Virus record (IMG/VR): IMGVR_UViG_3300027693_000013
Location: 1 to 34,858 of that record
From: a virus
Taxonomy: Duplodnaviria; Caudoviricetes
DNA length: 34,858 nt
Strand: one strand, 5' to 3'
The notes under the pieces: generated by a model
The model's database searches: none
What the model saw: the letters and a program-made list of their open reading frames with translations, nothing else
What the model was told of the DNA's origin: nothing
Part shown: one piece after another, positions 34,456 to 34,858 of the stretch
How positions within the stretch are numbered: position 1 is the first letter of the stretch
Layout: each line of letters begins with the position of its first letter
Position numbers and translations under genes: made by a program

Positions 34456-34629
34456 TTAGATTGCTTTGACTTCAACGTTGTTGCCGCCGAACTCTTCAGC
34501 TTGCTCAACCATTGCTGCCCAGCTTCTGTAGCTGGCATCTTGCGCAAAGATTTCTTGAGCCTCTTCCTGTGAGGCCGCTTCATAGTTGCCGAAGTCGAGG
34601 CCATTTGCGCTGAAGTTGTATGTGTTCAT
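34456..34629 (-). CDS. Small acidic early protein
   Basis: MNTYNFSANGLDFGNYEAASQEEA..FAQDASY..W; AGGA Shine-Dalgarno. Confidence 0.6.
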   Translation of the reverse strand: MNTYNFSANGLDFGNYEAASQEEAQEIFAQDASYRSWAAMVEQAEEFGGNNVEVKAI

Positions 34630-34724
34630 GTTCATTCCTGGTTTGTTGCTGCGCTGTCTGTTAGTCATGTCGCGCAGTGATGTAAATGTACCCTACTTCT
34701 AGCGTCTGGACACTAGGGGAAACA

Positions 34725-34858
34725 CTAGGTTGTGAGGTTCTTAACAAGCCTACGCGTTACTACCTACGTATTCAGCGCTCATGCCAGCCTAGCCATAGCT
34801 TGACGAAAAAAATCGAGGGGGGGGGTAGGGCCCTGCACGGCCGGTCAAGCTGGGGGAA
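34725..34858. repeat. Terminal direct repeat, right copy
   Basis: Matches 1-134 with one mismatch. Confidence 0.95.

Noticed and set aside
34377-34604. N-terminal extension of the 153-aa ORF
   Set aside because: It overlaps another gene and an intergenic hairpin; the Shine-Dalgarno site supports a start at 34376
1-34858. Alternative genetic code, inteins, introns or tRNAs
   Set aside because: Core genes are full-length in the standard code with expected sizes, and I noticed no cloverleaf or splicing motifs by eye

Overview
This window looks like a complete, circularly permuted ~34.7 kb genome of a P22-like podovirus (Caudoviricetes). Bases 1-134 recur at 34725-34858 with one mismatch, so the contig closes into a circle. 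The + strand late arm runs: DNA methyltransferase, terminase large subunit, three small Lys-rich proteins interrupted by an HNH-type nuclease, GroES, P22-type portal, ferritin-like protein, a five-gene fibre/spike cassette, scaffold, P22-type coat, a glycosyltransferase flanked by two paralogous small proteins, gp4/gp10-like tail proteins, a cupin, three ejection proteins and a holin/lysozyme cassette. The - strand arm carries a Sak4 ATPase, DUF669 SSB-like protein, Cas4-like exonuclease, SF2 helicase and VRR-NUC. A palindromic divergent promoter pair precedes a Cro-like gene and a primase-helicase, followed by a hairpin-dense AT-rich putative origin, an HTH protein, terminase small subunit and an opposite-strand micro-ORF cassette. 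I recognised no integrase, DNA polymerase, tRNA or CRISPR array. The best candidate for an undescribed system is a capsid-glycosylation module at 11600-12913. All family calls come from motif recognition by eye, not database searches.
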